The notes below the pieces were generated by a model. That model was not told the origin of the DNA. It ran no database searches and saw only the letters and a list, made by a program, of their open reading frames with translations. The translations under genes and the position numbers were made by a program. This document shows, piece by piece, positions 7,737-16,961 of a DNA stretch of 64,000 nucleotides. Location of the stretch: positions 157,591 to 221,590 of the forward strand of contig MGTX01000004.1 in assembly GCA_001799675.1 (NCBI GenBank), in the 5' to 3' direction. The stretch's first letter is position 1. Each line of letters opens with the position of its first letter. This DNA comes from Elusimicrobia bacterium GWA2_66_18 (GTDB lineage Bacteria; Elusimicrobiota; Elusimicrobia; UBA1565; UBA9628).

Positions 7737-9188
7737 CTAGTCCCTCAGCGTCAGCGCGCCGTCCTCGTCCGAGGCGGTCAACTGCGGCGTCTGATCGCGG
7801 TTCTGCTGGCGGGCGGCGTCCTGTACGCGCGGCGTCAGATAATCGTAGAGCTCCTTGAGCGACGCCGCGCCTTTCCGGCCATTGAGGCCCTTGAGGAGGT
7901 GATACGTGAAGAGGCCGTGGCCCTGAGACTCCTCGCTTCCGGATATCTCCGAGGATTCTGAAGCGGAAAGCACGACGACGCGGCCGATGGCGCCGGAACC
8001 CGTGTCGATCTTGCCGACAAGCGGCCGGGTTCCCTTGGGGATCACCGAGCGGCCGCCGGCGCCGGAGAAGCAGGAATCGAGCGCCACGATCACCTTGCGC
8101 GCTTTCAGGGCGTTGAGGCGCGCGTAGAGCCTCTTGAGGGGATAGCCGGTGTTCTCCAGGAACTTCACGTCGCCGTCCCATGGCACAAGATACGCCTCGC
8201 CCGTGCTGATGCCGGGCGAACCGTGGCCGGAAAAGTACACGAACACCTTCGAGTCCTCGGTGACCTTGCCGGGCAGCCAGGACTCGACGTACTTCTCCAT
8301 ATTGCCGCGCGTCACCATGTTCCCCGTCAGATACACGACGTTCCGCCGCGGGTAGCCGAGCGCGTAGAGATGTTCCTTGACCGTGCCGGCGTCGCGCTCG
8401 GCGAAGTCCGCCTGGGCGATGGATGCGTATTTTTCGATGCCCATCACCAGGGCGAAGTTGTCGGCGTTCTCCGGCAAAGCGTACGCGGGCTTGTCGACGT
8501 CGGAGTTGTAGATGGGCTCGGCCTTCTTGGACGCCTCCGCGATGCCGGCCTTGACCAGCGACTGCAGTTCGGCCTTGCTCACCGCGGGAGCGTTATCGGA
8601 ACCGACGGGTACGACGATGTGGTTGAAAGCGTCCTCGTAGGCCGCCTTATAGGCGGCCTGGATCGGGCCGGTGCGAAACATCCCGAAGAAGATGAAAGAG
8701 AACGGCTGGCTGCTCGTCCACGATCTTTGGCTCAGCACCTTTCGCTTCCTCAGCAGCGAGGCGCTCCCGATGACGATGGCCGAGCCCTTGCGCGGGCTGA
8801 TCGAGAAGAGCAGGTAGGCCTGGTACATACCGGCCATGAAGCTGATATCGCCGCCCTCCATGTTGGCCGTAAACTCGGTTTCCAACTTCAGAGCGTCCGG
8901 CGGGACCTGCGCGCCGAAGGTCGCGTCGATGATCTTGCCGAACTTGGCCCCGTCGCGCAAGTATGCGATGAACTGCTCCTTGAGGGCCTCCTCGGCCTCC
9001 TTGGTGTCGACCGAGGCCTTGTTCTTGACCGCGAACTTGGTCAGGTACAACTCCTCGCCGGCATAGCTGTTCTCCTCCTGGATGGCGCCCGGCGCGTCGA
9101 TCTTGACGACGCGCGGGGAGGTGGCGGCGCAGCCGGCAAGCCATAATGCCCCCAGCGCGAGAAGCGCGCGACGCGATATCCACTGCAT
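7737..9188 (-). CDS. Lipoprotein caspase-family (peptidase C14) protein
   Basis: Start at Met18 gives MQWISRRALLALGALWLAGC (lipobox LAGC). Catalytic dyad context is YFSGHGSPG (His) and VALDSCFSGAG (Cys). An N-terminal region of about 230 aa has no recognised domain. Confidence 0.8.
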   Translation of the reverse strand: MQWISRRALLALGALWLAGCAATSPRVVKIDAPGAIQEENSYAGEELYLTKFAVKNKASVDTKEAEEALKEQFIAYLRDGAKFGKIIDATFGAQVPPDALKLETEFTANMEGGDISFMAGMYQAYLLFSISPRKGSAIVIGSASLLRKRKVLSQRSWTSSQPFSFIFFGMFRTGPIQAAYKAAYEDAFNHIVVPVGSDNAPAVSKAELQSLVKAGIAEASKKAEPIYNSDVDKPAYALPENADNFALVMGIEKYASIAQADFAERDAGTVKEHLYALGYPRRNVVYLTGNMVTRGNMEKYVESWLPGKVTEDSKVFVYFSGHGSPGISTGEAYLVPWDGDVKFLENTGYPLKRLYARLNALKARKVIVALDSCFSGAGGRSVIPKGTRPLVGKIDTGSGAIGRVVVLSASESSEISGSEESQGHGLFTYHLLKGLNGRKGAASLKELYDYLTPRVQDAARQQNRDQTPQLTASDEDGALTLRD

Positions 9189-9340
9189 CGGGGCGACTTC
9201 CATCGTGGATAGGCTAGCTTCGTTATGTGCGGCTGTCAAGGAGGCGAACGCCGTGAGGATCGGGACCGCCGACTACGCCCCGTGGAACACGGGCAACGTC
9301 GGCGGCAACTCAAACGCGCCGTCTGGATGTGTGCTAAAAT

Positions 9341-10033
9341 ATGATCACGTCATTAAAGATCGCCGTGTGCGGCGCCTCAGGGCGCACGGGTTCGCGCGTC
9401 GCGGAGCTTGCGGCGGCAGATGAACGCTTCCATCTGCTCGCCCGTGTGGATCGCGCCCAGATGGTCCGGTTCGAAGGCGAGGTCGGCGCCTGCCAAGCCG
9501 TGGTCGATTTCTCCGCGCCCGAAGCGACCGTGCGCTACGCCGCCGCCTGCGGCCGAGCCAAGGTGCCCTTCATCAGCGGCACCACCGGCCTCTCCTCCGG
9601 CCAGCGCGCCCAGGTCGTAGCGGCGGCCAAGCGCATTCCCGTCTTCCTCGCCCCGAATTTCAGCCGGGGCGTGAACCTCCTGATGCACCTCGCCGCCGAG
9701 ACCGCGCGCCAACTTCCCGGTTACGACGCCGCCATTATCGAGATCCACCACAAGACGAAGAAGGACGCTCCTTCGGGCACTGCCCTGCGCCTGGCCCAGG
9801 CCGTCATGGAGGCCCGCGGCACGGGAGAGCGCGTCCCCACCGTCTCCCTGCGCCTGGGCGGCGTGGTCGGCGACCATGAACTGCGCTTCGTCGGCTCTTT
9901 CGAACGCCTGGAGCTCATCCATCGCGCCGAGTCGCGCGACGTCTTCGCGCGAGGCGCTCTGGAAGCCGCGCTCTGGTCCGCCAAGAAGAAACCCGGCCTC
10001 TACGGCATGCTCGACTTGATGGCTCTGAGATGA
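9341..10033 (+). CDS. dapB: 4-hydroxy-tetrahydrodipicolinate reductase
   Basis: KIAVCGASGRTGS (NAD(P) fold), GTTGL, APNFSRGVNLL and EIHHKTKKDAPSGTA are DapB signatures. Confidence 0.9.
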   Translation: MITSLKIAVCGASGRTGSRVAELAAADERFHLLARVDRAQMVRFEGEVGACQAVVDFSAPEATVRYAAACGRAKVPFISGTTGLSSGQRAQVVAAAKRIPVFLAPNFSRGVNLLMHLAAETARQLPGYDAAIIEIHHKTKKDAPSGTALRLAQAVMEARGTGERVPTVSLRLGGVVGDHELRFVGSFERLELIHRAESRDVFARGALEAALWSAKKKPGLYGMLDLMALR

Positions 10034-10398
10034 GCGCGCGCACCCTCTGGAGGCGCTGGGTCGGTCTCTTCGAGGACGTCGAAGGCGCCGACGAGCCGCA
10101 CTACGACCCCGTCCATCTCGCGACCGTCCTGATCTCCTGCATGGTCGTCATCGGCGCGCTCTACTGGCTCCTTTGGACCCTGTTCGTCTACGAAGGAGGC
10201 CTGCCGTCGAAGGTCGGCCCCTTCCTCGCCGTCCTCATCCGCGCCAAGACCCTCAAGGAGTACGGCTGGCTCGGCACGCCCGACCACCAGGGCCTCTTCG
10301 AGGGCTGGCTGGCCAACCTCGTCGCCCTTGTTCTGTGCGCGACCCTCATAGCGCTCCTCTTCAAAGCCGACCGCCGAGCGGTTCGCCGCTCCCGGTGA
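10030..10398 (+). CDS. Small membrane protein, unknown function
   Basis: ATGA overlap with the dapB stop. Hydrophobic helices include LATVLISCMVVIGALYWLLWTLFV and LANLVALVLCATLIALLF. Confidence 0.5.
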   Translation: MSARTLWRRWVGLFEDVEGADEPHYDPVHLATVLISCMVVIGALYWLLWTLFVYEGGLPSKVGPFLAVLIRAKTLKEYGWLGTPDHQGLFEGWLANLVALVLCATLIALLFKADRRAVRRSR

Positions 10399-10438
10399 AG
10401 TTGGAACCCCGACCGACGAATTGTTAGACTCTGGTCCC

Positions 10439-11257
10439 ATGGCCGATAAGAAATTCGTGACGACCGCCACCCTCCTCGATATGAAGAGGAAGGGCCTGAA
10501 AGTCGCCATGATAACCGCCTACGACTTCCCCATGGCGCGCATCGCCGAGGAGGCGGGCGTCGACGTCGTCCTCGTCGGCGACTCGGTGGGCATGACCAAG
10601 CTCGGCTATGAGAGCACCCTTCCCGTCACCGTGTCGGAGATGCTCCACCACACCAAGGCCGTCAAGCGGGGCCTGACCCGCGCGCTCCTGGTCACGGACA
10701 TGCCCTACCTCAGCTACGAACTCGACGTCCGAGAGGCGGCGCGCCATGCCGGCCGCTTTCTCAAGGAGGGCGGCGCGAACGCCGTCAAGCTCGAGGGCGG
10801 CATGGACGTCGCCCCGACCGTCAAGGAACTCGTCAAGATCAACGTCCCGGTCTTCGGGCACCTCGGCCTGACGCCCCAGGCCGTCAACCGCCTCGGCGGC
10901 TACAAGATCCAGGGCCGCCTCCCCGAGGACGCGGAGCGAATCCTGACCGACGCCCACGTGCTCGAGGCCGCCGGTTGCTGCGCCCTGGTCCTCGAGTGCG
11001 TCCCCGCCGATCTCGCCAAGGAGGTCACCAAACGCCTGAGAATCCCGACCATCGGCATCGGCGCCGGCCCCCACTGCGATGGGCAGGTCTTAGTCAGCGA
11101 CGACCTGCTGGGGCTCACCGAGGGCGCCGGCGCCAAGTTCGTCAAGCGCTACGCCGAGCTGCGCGTCCAGGCGGTCAAGGCCGCCTCCGACTACTGCCGC
11201 GAGGTCCGGGACGGGTCGTTCCCGGGACCGGAGCACTCCTTCACCTCCCAGCAATGA
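10439..11257 (+). CDS. panB: 3-methyl-2-oxobutanoate hydroxymethyltransferase
   Basis: MITAYDFPMA, VVLVGDSVGM, VTDMPYLSY, NAVKLEGG, GHLGLTPQ and GGYKIQGR are present. Confidence 0.9.
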   Translation: MADKKFVTTATLLDMKRKGLKVAMITAYDFPMARIAEEAGVDVVLVGDSVGMTKLGYESTLPVTVSEMLHHTKAVKRGLTRALLVTDMPYLSYELDVREAARHAGRFLKEGGANAVKLEGGMDVAPTVKELVKINVPVFGHLGLTPQAVNRLGGYKIQGRLPEDAERILTDAHVLEAAGCCALVLECVPADLAKEVTKRLRIPTIGIGAGPHCDGQVLVSDDLLGLTEGAGAKFVKRYAELRVQAVKAASDYCREVRDGSFPGPEHSFTSQQ

Positions 11258-12141
11258 CCCTCTGGGCCTCCGTCGGGCTCATCGTGGCCGCGGCCGCGGG
11301 CGTCGTCGCCTTCTGCTGGTGGGGCGCGGGCATCATCCTCCACCCGCCCGCAATGTCTCCCATGTGGATATTCCCGGAGCAGTTCGGCCTGCGCTACGAG
11401 CGCCTCTCCTTCAAGACCTCGGACGGCCTCGAACTCAACGGATGGTTCATCCCCTCCCCGTCCGGCGACAAACGCACCATCCTGATGTGCCATGGCTGGG
11501 GCGACAACAAGGGCGAACTCCTCAAGCAGACCTACTTCCTCAACGAAAACGCCGGTTTCAACCTGGTCTATTTCGATTTCCGCTCCCATGGCGAGAGCGC
11601 AGGCGAGATCACCACCATCGGCGGTCTCGAAATGCGGGACTTCGACGCGGCCGTGGCCTGGCTGCGCGCCGCCAAGCCGGCTCTCTGCGACCGCGTCGGC
11701 GTCTTCGGCCTGTCCATGGGCGCGGCCGTCGTCGTCGCCTCCATGATCAACCATCCCGACCTGCGCTGCGCCGTCGTCGAGAGCCCCTTCTCCGACTACC
11801 GCGGCGTGATCCGGCGCTGGGCCTGGAACAACTTCAGGGTCCCGCATTTTCCCCTCATCGACCTAGTGCTCGGGATGCTGCGCCTGCGCGTGGGCGACCC
11901 GAAGATCGACGCCTTCAACCCCGTCGAGGCCGCCGGACGCATCGCCCCCCGTCCTTTGCTTGTCATCGGCGCAGAGCTCGACGACCTGATGCCCGTCGAC
12001 GACGTCACGCGCGTCTTCCACGCCGCGGGCGAGCCCAAACAGCTCTGGATCGTCCCCGGCGCCTGCCACGCCAAGTGCCGCGAAGCCGCGGGCCTGGAGT
12101 ACGAGACGCGCGTGGCTGGCTTCTTCCAGAGGAATCTTTGA
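11254..12141 (+). CDS. Membrane-anchored alpha/beta hydrolase
   Basis: ATGA overlap with the panB stop (Met94 of track ORF 10975..12141). N-terminal TM helix, HGWGDN, nucleophile elbow GLSMG, and a C-terminal CHA... His region. Confidence 0.7.
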   Translation: MTLWASVGLIVAAAAGVVAFCWWGAGIILHPPAMSPMWIFPEQFGLRYERLSFKTSDGLELNGWFIPSPSGDKRTILMCHGWGDNKGELLKQTYFLNENAGFNLVYFDFRSHGESAGEITTIGGLEMRDFDAAVAWLRAAKPALCDRVGVFGLSMGAAVVVASMINHPDLRCAVVESPFSDYRGVIRRWAWNNFRVPHFPLIDLVLGMLRLRVGDPKIDAFNPVEAAGRIAPRPLLVIGAELDDLMPVDDVTRVFHAAGEPKQLWIVPGACHAKCREAAGLEYETRVAGFFQRNL

Positions 12142-12995
12142 CGGCCGCCCCCCTCGCGCGCGGCAAGGCCGCCCTCCGCCGCCGCGTCGCGGCCTGGCGC
12201 GCGAAGGGCCTCTCGGTCGGCTTCGTGCCCACCATGGGCGCGCTCCACCGCGGGCACGCGGCGCTGGTGCGCCGGGCCGCGGCGGAATGCGACCGCGTCG
12301 TCGCCTCCGTTTTCGTCAACCCCCTCCAGTTCGGCCCGAAGGAGGATTATGGCCGCTATCCCCGCGCCCTTCCCGCGGACCGCCGGCTCGTCGCGCAGGC
12401 CGGGGCCGACCTCGTGTACGCCCCTTCGGCGCAAGAGATGTACCCCGAGGGGTTCCAGACGAAAGTCGAGGTCGAGGGAATATCGCAGCTCTACTGCGGA
12501 CGTGACCGGCCGGGCCATTTCCGCGGCGTCGCCACCGTGGTTTTAAAATTGTTTAACCAAGTACGGCCCGACCGAGCGTACTTCGGCGAGAAGGATTTCC
12601 AACAACTGGGAATATTGAAGAAGATGGTCTCGGACCTGGACGTACCCGTGAAGATCGTAGACGTGCCCATCGTCCGGGAAGACGACGGCCTGGCGCTCTC
12701 CAGCCGCAACGCCTATCTCACGGCCCCTCAGAGAGCCGCGGCCCCGGCCCTGCGCTCGGCCCTCCTGGCCGGACGGCGGGAGTCGTCCCGCCGAGGCGCC
12801 ACGCCCCGGACGGTCACGGCCGCCGTGGAACGAGCCCTCTCGCGCGGACCGATGCGGCTGCGGTACGCGGCCGTAGTCGACTCTGACACCCTCAAGCCAT
12901 CCCGGGACCTGCGCGGCCCCCGGCGCCTGCTGGCCGCCGCCTTCCTGGGCCGGACCCGTCTCATTGACAACCTCGCCCTCGAAAAGCGACGATAA
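12138..12995 (+). CDS. panC: Pantoate--beta-alanine ligase
   Basis: TTG start overlaps the hydrolase stop (TTGA). Signatures are VPTMGALHRGHAALV, FVNPLQFGP, GHFRGVATVV, FGEKDFQQL and LALSSRN. Confidence 0.85.
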   Translation: MTAAPLARGKAALRRRVAAWRAKGLSVGFVPTMGALHRGHAALVRRAAAECDRVVASVFVNPLQFGPKEDYGRYPRALPADRRLVAQAGADLVYAPSAQEMYPEGFQTKVEVEGISQLYCGRDRPGHFRGVATVVLKLFNQVRPDRAYFGEKDFQQLGILKKMVSDLDVPVKIVDVPIVREDDGLALSSRNAYLTAPQRAAAPALRSALLAGRRESSRRGATPRTVTAAVERALSRGPMRLRYAAVVDSDTLKPSRDLRGPRRLLAAAFLGRTRLIDNLALEKRR

Positions 12996-13000
12996 GCCCG

Positions 13001-13606
13001 ATGCCCCACGCGAAAGGCCGCGCCCAGGCCCAGACGGAGAAGTCGGCTAATCCCTCCTACAAACGCGAGCAGTACTGGGTGGACGCTCCCCTCCAACTGC
13101 AGATGGTGGGCTTCGTGCTCATCCTGGTCTCGGCAAGCCTCTTGTTGACCGCGTTCAGCGTCTTCCGGGGCATGACGGAGGCCTCCATCCAATCGCGCCA
13201 GATCTTTCACTCCCTGGACTGGATCAAGGGCTCCCTGCGCGCCCCGCTCCTGCTGGCCTCGGCCATCTCGCTCTTGGCCAGCGGGCTGATGACGCTCTTC
13301 TGGTCTCACCGTTTCGCCGGCCCCTTGAGGGTCGTCTCCGCGGGCATCGCCCGAATGCGCCACGCCAACTTCGTCGTGCCGGTGCGCATCCGAGTGACCG
13401 ACGCCCACCAGGACTTCGCGCGCGAGTTCCAGGAGATGCAAGAAGAGCTGCGCAAGATGCTCGAAAGCGACCGGGCCCGCGTCCATGAGGCGAAAGCCCG
13501 CCTCGAGGCCGCCGAGAAGGCCTTCGCCGAGGGCGCCGACGCCCGCGGCGAGGTCGCCAAGGCCCTCTGCGAACTCCGGCACGCCTGCGCCAAATACCAC
13601 GTATGA
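13001..13606 (+). CDS. Membrane protein with a HAMP-like linker
   Basis: Two TM helices followed by SHRFAGPLRVVSAGIARMRHANFVVPVRIRVTDAHQDFAREFQEM and a coiled coil. Confidence 0.55.
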   Translation: MPHAKGRAQAQTEKSANPSYKREQYWVDAPLQLQMVGFVLILVSASLLLTAFSVFRGMTEASIQSRQIFHSLDWIKGSLRAPLLLASAISLLASGLMTLFWSHRFAGPLRVVSAGIARMRHANFVVPVRIRVTDAHQDFAREFQEMQEELRKMLESDRARVHEAKARLEAAEKAFAEGADARGEVAKALCELRHACAKYHV

Positions 13607-15723
13607 GGAGGGCCGCGCTCCTCGCGGCCTCCCTGCTGACCGCCCGCGGCGCAAGCGCCGCCGCCCTCGATGCCTTCGTCGACGCCTTCACGCCGAGCGG
13701 CGTGTCGGTCCTCGCCGACCGCGGCTACCTGGTCGTCCAGGGAGGACGCGGCTCTCGGCGTCTGGCCGCGGTCCACTGGAAGGCTCTCGAGGCGCTGGCC
13801 GAGGCCGCGCCGTCCTGCCGCCGGCTCTCGGAGCCTCCCGCCGAGGGCCCCGACGGCCTGGGTCCCTGCCGGGCCCTGCCGTTCGACGGGGCCATGACGC
13901 CGCGCCTGCACCTCCTGGCCTGCGCCGCGGCGGCCGAGAGCGAGGAACGTTGGTCGCTGAGCGCCTCGAGCTCCGCTCTCGCCGAGCCCGCCGGCCTCAA
14001 GAATCTCTTCGAGACTCCGTGGGGCGTCGACCTGGCCCGCCGGCGGCGCGCGGACCGCCTCGAGGACCCCGCCTCCCTGGTCAAGCCCTTCTTCGCGGAA
14101 CTCCTGGCGGGGCCCAAGCCAGACGCAGAGGCGATCAAGCACTTCCTCGCGGTCACGACCGCGCACGGCGTCTCCGGGGCGAACGCGAAACTCGCCGAGG
14201 ACGCGGCCCGCGGCGCGGCCTCCGAGGAGCTGCGCGCGATGATCCGACGCTACCTGCACGACGAGCGCAGCCGCCGCGGCCTGGCCCTGGCCCGCGAGCG
14301 CGCCGCGGCCCTGCTCGCCGACAAGGAGACCCGCCGGGAGCTCTCCGAGTTGGAGGCCCTGAGCGCGGTCCTCGCCGCCCAGCCCGGACTCATCGCCTCC
14401 CTGGAGGCCGCCGTCTCGGCAGCCCCCGCGCCCGCGGGCGCGCCGCGCCTGCGCTTGGCCCTCCATCTGCAGGAGCCGACGCGCCTGGGGCAGTACGAAC
14501 TCGGCGACCAAGCCGTCGTCTCCGGGGCCTACTGGGTGGACGGCCTCGCGGAGGGCGCCTCCGTCGAGGTCGAGGAGTCCACTTTCCTCGAGACCGCCCG
14601 CGGCTTCTCATCCCTCGAAACCGTGAAGCGCAAACTCTCCAACGGCGGACCCTACTCCTTCGCGCGCCGAATCACCGTGGAGCAATCCCGCGCCTTCTCC
14701 TTGCTCGCCGCGGTCTCGGCCGCCTCCGGCTCGGCGGTGTCCGAACGCGTCGAGATTCCCGTGGCTCCCGACTACGGCTTGGCGGTCGAGAAAGAAGCCG
14801 AAGCCCTCCAGCTCTCGCTCTCCTGCGACCCCAAAGCCGCCGAAGCCGCCTACGCCGCCCTGGAGGCCCTCGTGGCCGAGGCCGCCAAGGTCAAGCCCCA
14901 GTACCAAGACCTCCTCGAACGCTCCCGAAAGGGCCGCGCCCAGGCCGCCGCCGACGTCGAGTCCCTGGTCAAGCTCGAAGAAGCCCTGGACGCCTCGCGC
15001 GCCGACGCCTCGCCCCAGCAATGCCGCTACGAGACGGCGCGAACCGACGCCGCGATCTCGCTCGCCCGCAAGCTTCCTCCCGGCTGCGACCGCGTCCTGC
15101 CCGAGCTCTTCTCCCAGCGCGCGGCCGTCTCCCGGCGCGCCGCCGACCAGGTCTGGTTCCTCAAGGCCTCCTCCGAGGCGCGCGCGCGCCGCCGAGCCTG
15201 CGACCTCCAGGCCGCGGCCGAACGCTGGACCCAGTCCCTGTCCGTGCTCGAGACCGATCCCGCCGCGCGCTGCGGCAAGACCGCCGAGGAAGCCCGCCGG
15301 GCCGAGGATGGGCTGGCCGCGGTCCTGCGCTCCCTCGCCTGGACCGAGGTCTTGGACAAAGCCCTTGACCAGGCCGAAGCCGCGACCGTTCCCGCCAAAC
15401 GCCTGGAAGCCGTCCGACCGGCGCTGGCGCGCCTGGCGTCGCTCGAGGACCGCGAGTGCCGCCGCGAGGCCCTCAAGCGCGCCCGGCGCCTGGCCGCCCA
15501 GGCGGGAGAAGACGAGACCGGCCCGGCCGACGCGGACCTGCCGCGCGAGGCCACGCTGACCGCGGCGCTTGGGGAAGTCCGCCGCGCCCGCTCGCGCCTG
15601 CTTGAGACGTACGACGTCTCGGCCCAACCGGCGGCCGCTCCCGCAAGCCCAACGCCCGCGCCCGAAGCCAAGCCGAAGAGCGCGGCCAAGAAGCAGCCTC
15701 CCGCCAAGAAAGCCCCGCGATGA
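13603..15723 (+). CDS. Exported Ala/Glu/Arg-rich hypothetical protein (706 aa)
   Basis: ATGA overlap with the upstream gene. Signal peptide MRRAALLAASLLTARGASAAA. Long helical Ala-rich stretches and no recognised domain. Confidence 0.55.
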   Translation: MRRAALLAASLLTARGASAAALDAFVDAFTPSGVSVLADRGYLVVQGGRGSRRLAAVHWKALEALAEAAPSCRRLSEPPAEGPDGLGPCRALPFDGAMTPRLHLLACAAAAESEERWSLSASSSALAEPAGLKNLFETPWGVDLARRRRADRLEDPASLVKPFFAELLAGPKPDAEAIKHFLAVTTAHGVSGANAKLAEDAARGAASEELRAMIRRYLHDERSRRGLALARERAAALLADKETRRELSELEALSAVLAAQPGLIASLEAAVSAAPAPAGAPRLRLALHLQEPTRLGQYELGDQAVVSGAYWVDGLAEGASVEVEESTFLETARGFSSLETVKRKLSNGGPYSFARRITVEQSRAFSLLAAVSAASGSAVSERVEIPVAPDYGLAVEKEAEALQLSLSCDPKAAEAAYAALEALVAEAAKVKPQYQDLLERSRKGRAQAAADVESLVKLEEALDASRADASPQQCRYETARTDAAISLARKLPPGCDRVLPELFSQRAAVSRRAADQVWFLKASSEARARRRACDLQAAAERWTQSLSVLETDPAARCGKTAEEARRAEDGLAAVLRSLAWTEVLDKALDQAEAATVPAKRLEAVRPALARLASLEDRECRREALKRARRLAAQAGEDETGPADADLPREATLTAALGEVRRARSRLLETYDVSAQPAAAPASPTPAPEAKPKSAAKKQPPAKKAPR

Positions 15724-16961
15724 AGACCGCACTCTTGTTCGCAGCGCTCTTGGCCGCCGCTCTCGCCCCCGCGTCGGCCGCCGCCGCGCCGCCGCGCGGG
15801 GAGGCGGTCCTCGCGGCCTTCGGCGCGTCCCTCGTCGAGGACGCCGACGGCCTCGCCGCGGCTGGAGTCCGGCCGGACTCGCCCGCCGCAGCCGCGGGTC
15901 TGCGTCCCGCGGACCGCATCCTGCGCGCCGCGCAGGCGGCCGCGCGCACGCGCGCCGAAGCCGCCGCGGCCCTGCGCGCGGTCGGCCCGGAGTCGCGCGA
16001 GTCCCTGGTGGTGCGCCGCGGCCTGGCGGCCCTGCCCCTCATCGACGCGCAGAGCCCCCAGCCTCTCGACTTCTCGCGCGGCGCGCGCGACCTCTCCGCG
16101 CGGGAATGGACGCTGGCCCAGGCCCGGGGCGCTCAAGGCTCCGCCCAGGCCCGCGATGAGGTCGCCGAGGAGGCGCCGCTCGACTGGACCCTGCGCGCCG
16201 ACCAGGCCCTCTGGGTCCGCTTCCCCGCGGGACTGCCCTCCGGCCTCAAGAAGGGGGCCGTCGTCGCGGCCGAGACCGCGGCGGCGCTGACCACCGACGG
16301 CTCGCTCGACTTCCTCGCCGTGCCCTCGAAGAGCCCGGTCTGGGCCCGCGTGGCCGAAGCCGCCGACGACGGCGCGGTGCGCTCCGTGCGCCTCCTCTTT
16401 TTCAAGATGCGCCCGGCCGGCGCCGGGGTCTACCCCATCCTGGGCGCGGCCACGGCGCTGGCGGGCGTCGAAGCCCCGGACCTCTCCCGCGTCAGCGCGG
16501 GCGGCACGCTCGTCGTCGCCGCCCCTCTGCCCTCCTCCGAGGGCGGGAAGCATCGCGGCCCGGACCTCCTCTTGGACGAAGACGCTCGCCTGCGCGTGCG
16601 CCTGCTCGAGCCCATCACGATCGTGGAGCCGCCCTCCTGGTGGCGCGCCGGCCCCGGCCTGTGGATCAAGACCGTGGAGGCCGACGGCCGGCGCCGCTTC
16701 GAGATCACCCACGCCATCGCGGGGCGCGCCGCCGAGGCCGCGGGCCTCAAGCCCGGCGACGTCCTCGACGCCGTCGCCGGCCGTTCCACCGAGAGGCTGA
16801 ACTTCGCGGACGCCCTGGACGCCCTCTACGGCGCGCCGGGCTCGACGGTGAGGGTCTCGGTCCTGCGCGAAGGGAAGTCCGTCGCCCTCGACCTCCAGCG
16901 CGGCGTGAGGTTCGAGAAGGGCGCCGCGACGCCCCTAGCGCCGCCCTTCGAGGCGCGCTAG
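15720..16961 (+). CDS. Exported PDZ-domain protein
   Basis: ATGA overlap with the upstream gene. Signal peptide MKTALLFAALLAAALAPASA. PDZ-like segments are PDSPAAAAGLRPADRIL and AAEAAGLKPGDVLDAVAG...GSTVRVSVLREGKSVAL. Confidence 0.6.
   Translation: MKTALLFAALLAAALAPASAAAAPPRGEAVLAAFGASLVEDADGLAAAGVRPDSPAAAAGLRPADRILRAAQAAARTRAEAAAALRAVGPESRESLVVRRGLAALPLIDAQSPQPLDFSRGARDLSAREWTLAQARGAQGSAQARDEVAEEAPLDWTLRADQALWVRFPAGLPSGLKKGAVVAAETAAALTTDGSLDFLAVPSKSPVWARVAEAADDGAVRSVRLLFFKMRPAGAGVYPILGAATALAGVEAPDLSRVSAGGTLVVAAPLPSSEGGKHRGPDLLLDEDARLRVRLLEPITIVEPPSWWRAGPGLWIKTVEADGRRRFEITHAIAGRAAEAAGLKPGDVLDAVAGRSTERLNFADALDALYGAPGSTVRVSVLREGKSVALDLQRGVRFEKGAATPLAPPFEAR

Noticed and set aside
8223-9146. 307-aa plus-strand ORF antisense to the caspase gene. 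The same reasoning applies to 29366..30598 (antisense to the response regulators) and 32258..33472 (antisense to the ATPase).
   Set aside because: The opposite strand encodes proteins with unambiguous catalytic motifs. These translations are Gly/Arg/Asp/Leu-rich shadow frames.
13306-16712. Long ORFs 13306..14511(-), 13485..15368(+), 14608..15732(-) and 15027..16712(-)
   Set aside because: These are Arg/Pro/Gly-rich low-complexity translations that overlap one another. The alternative plus-strand set has signal peptides, a PDZ domain and ATGA coupling. I treat them as shadow ORFs, but this should be confirmed by GC3 analysis.
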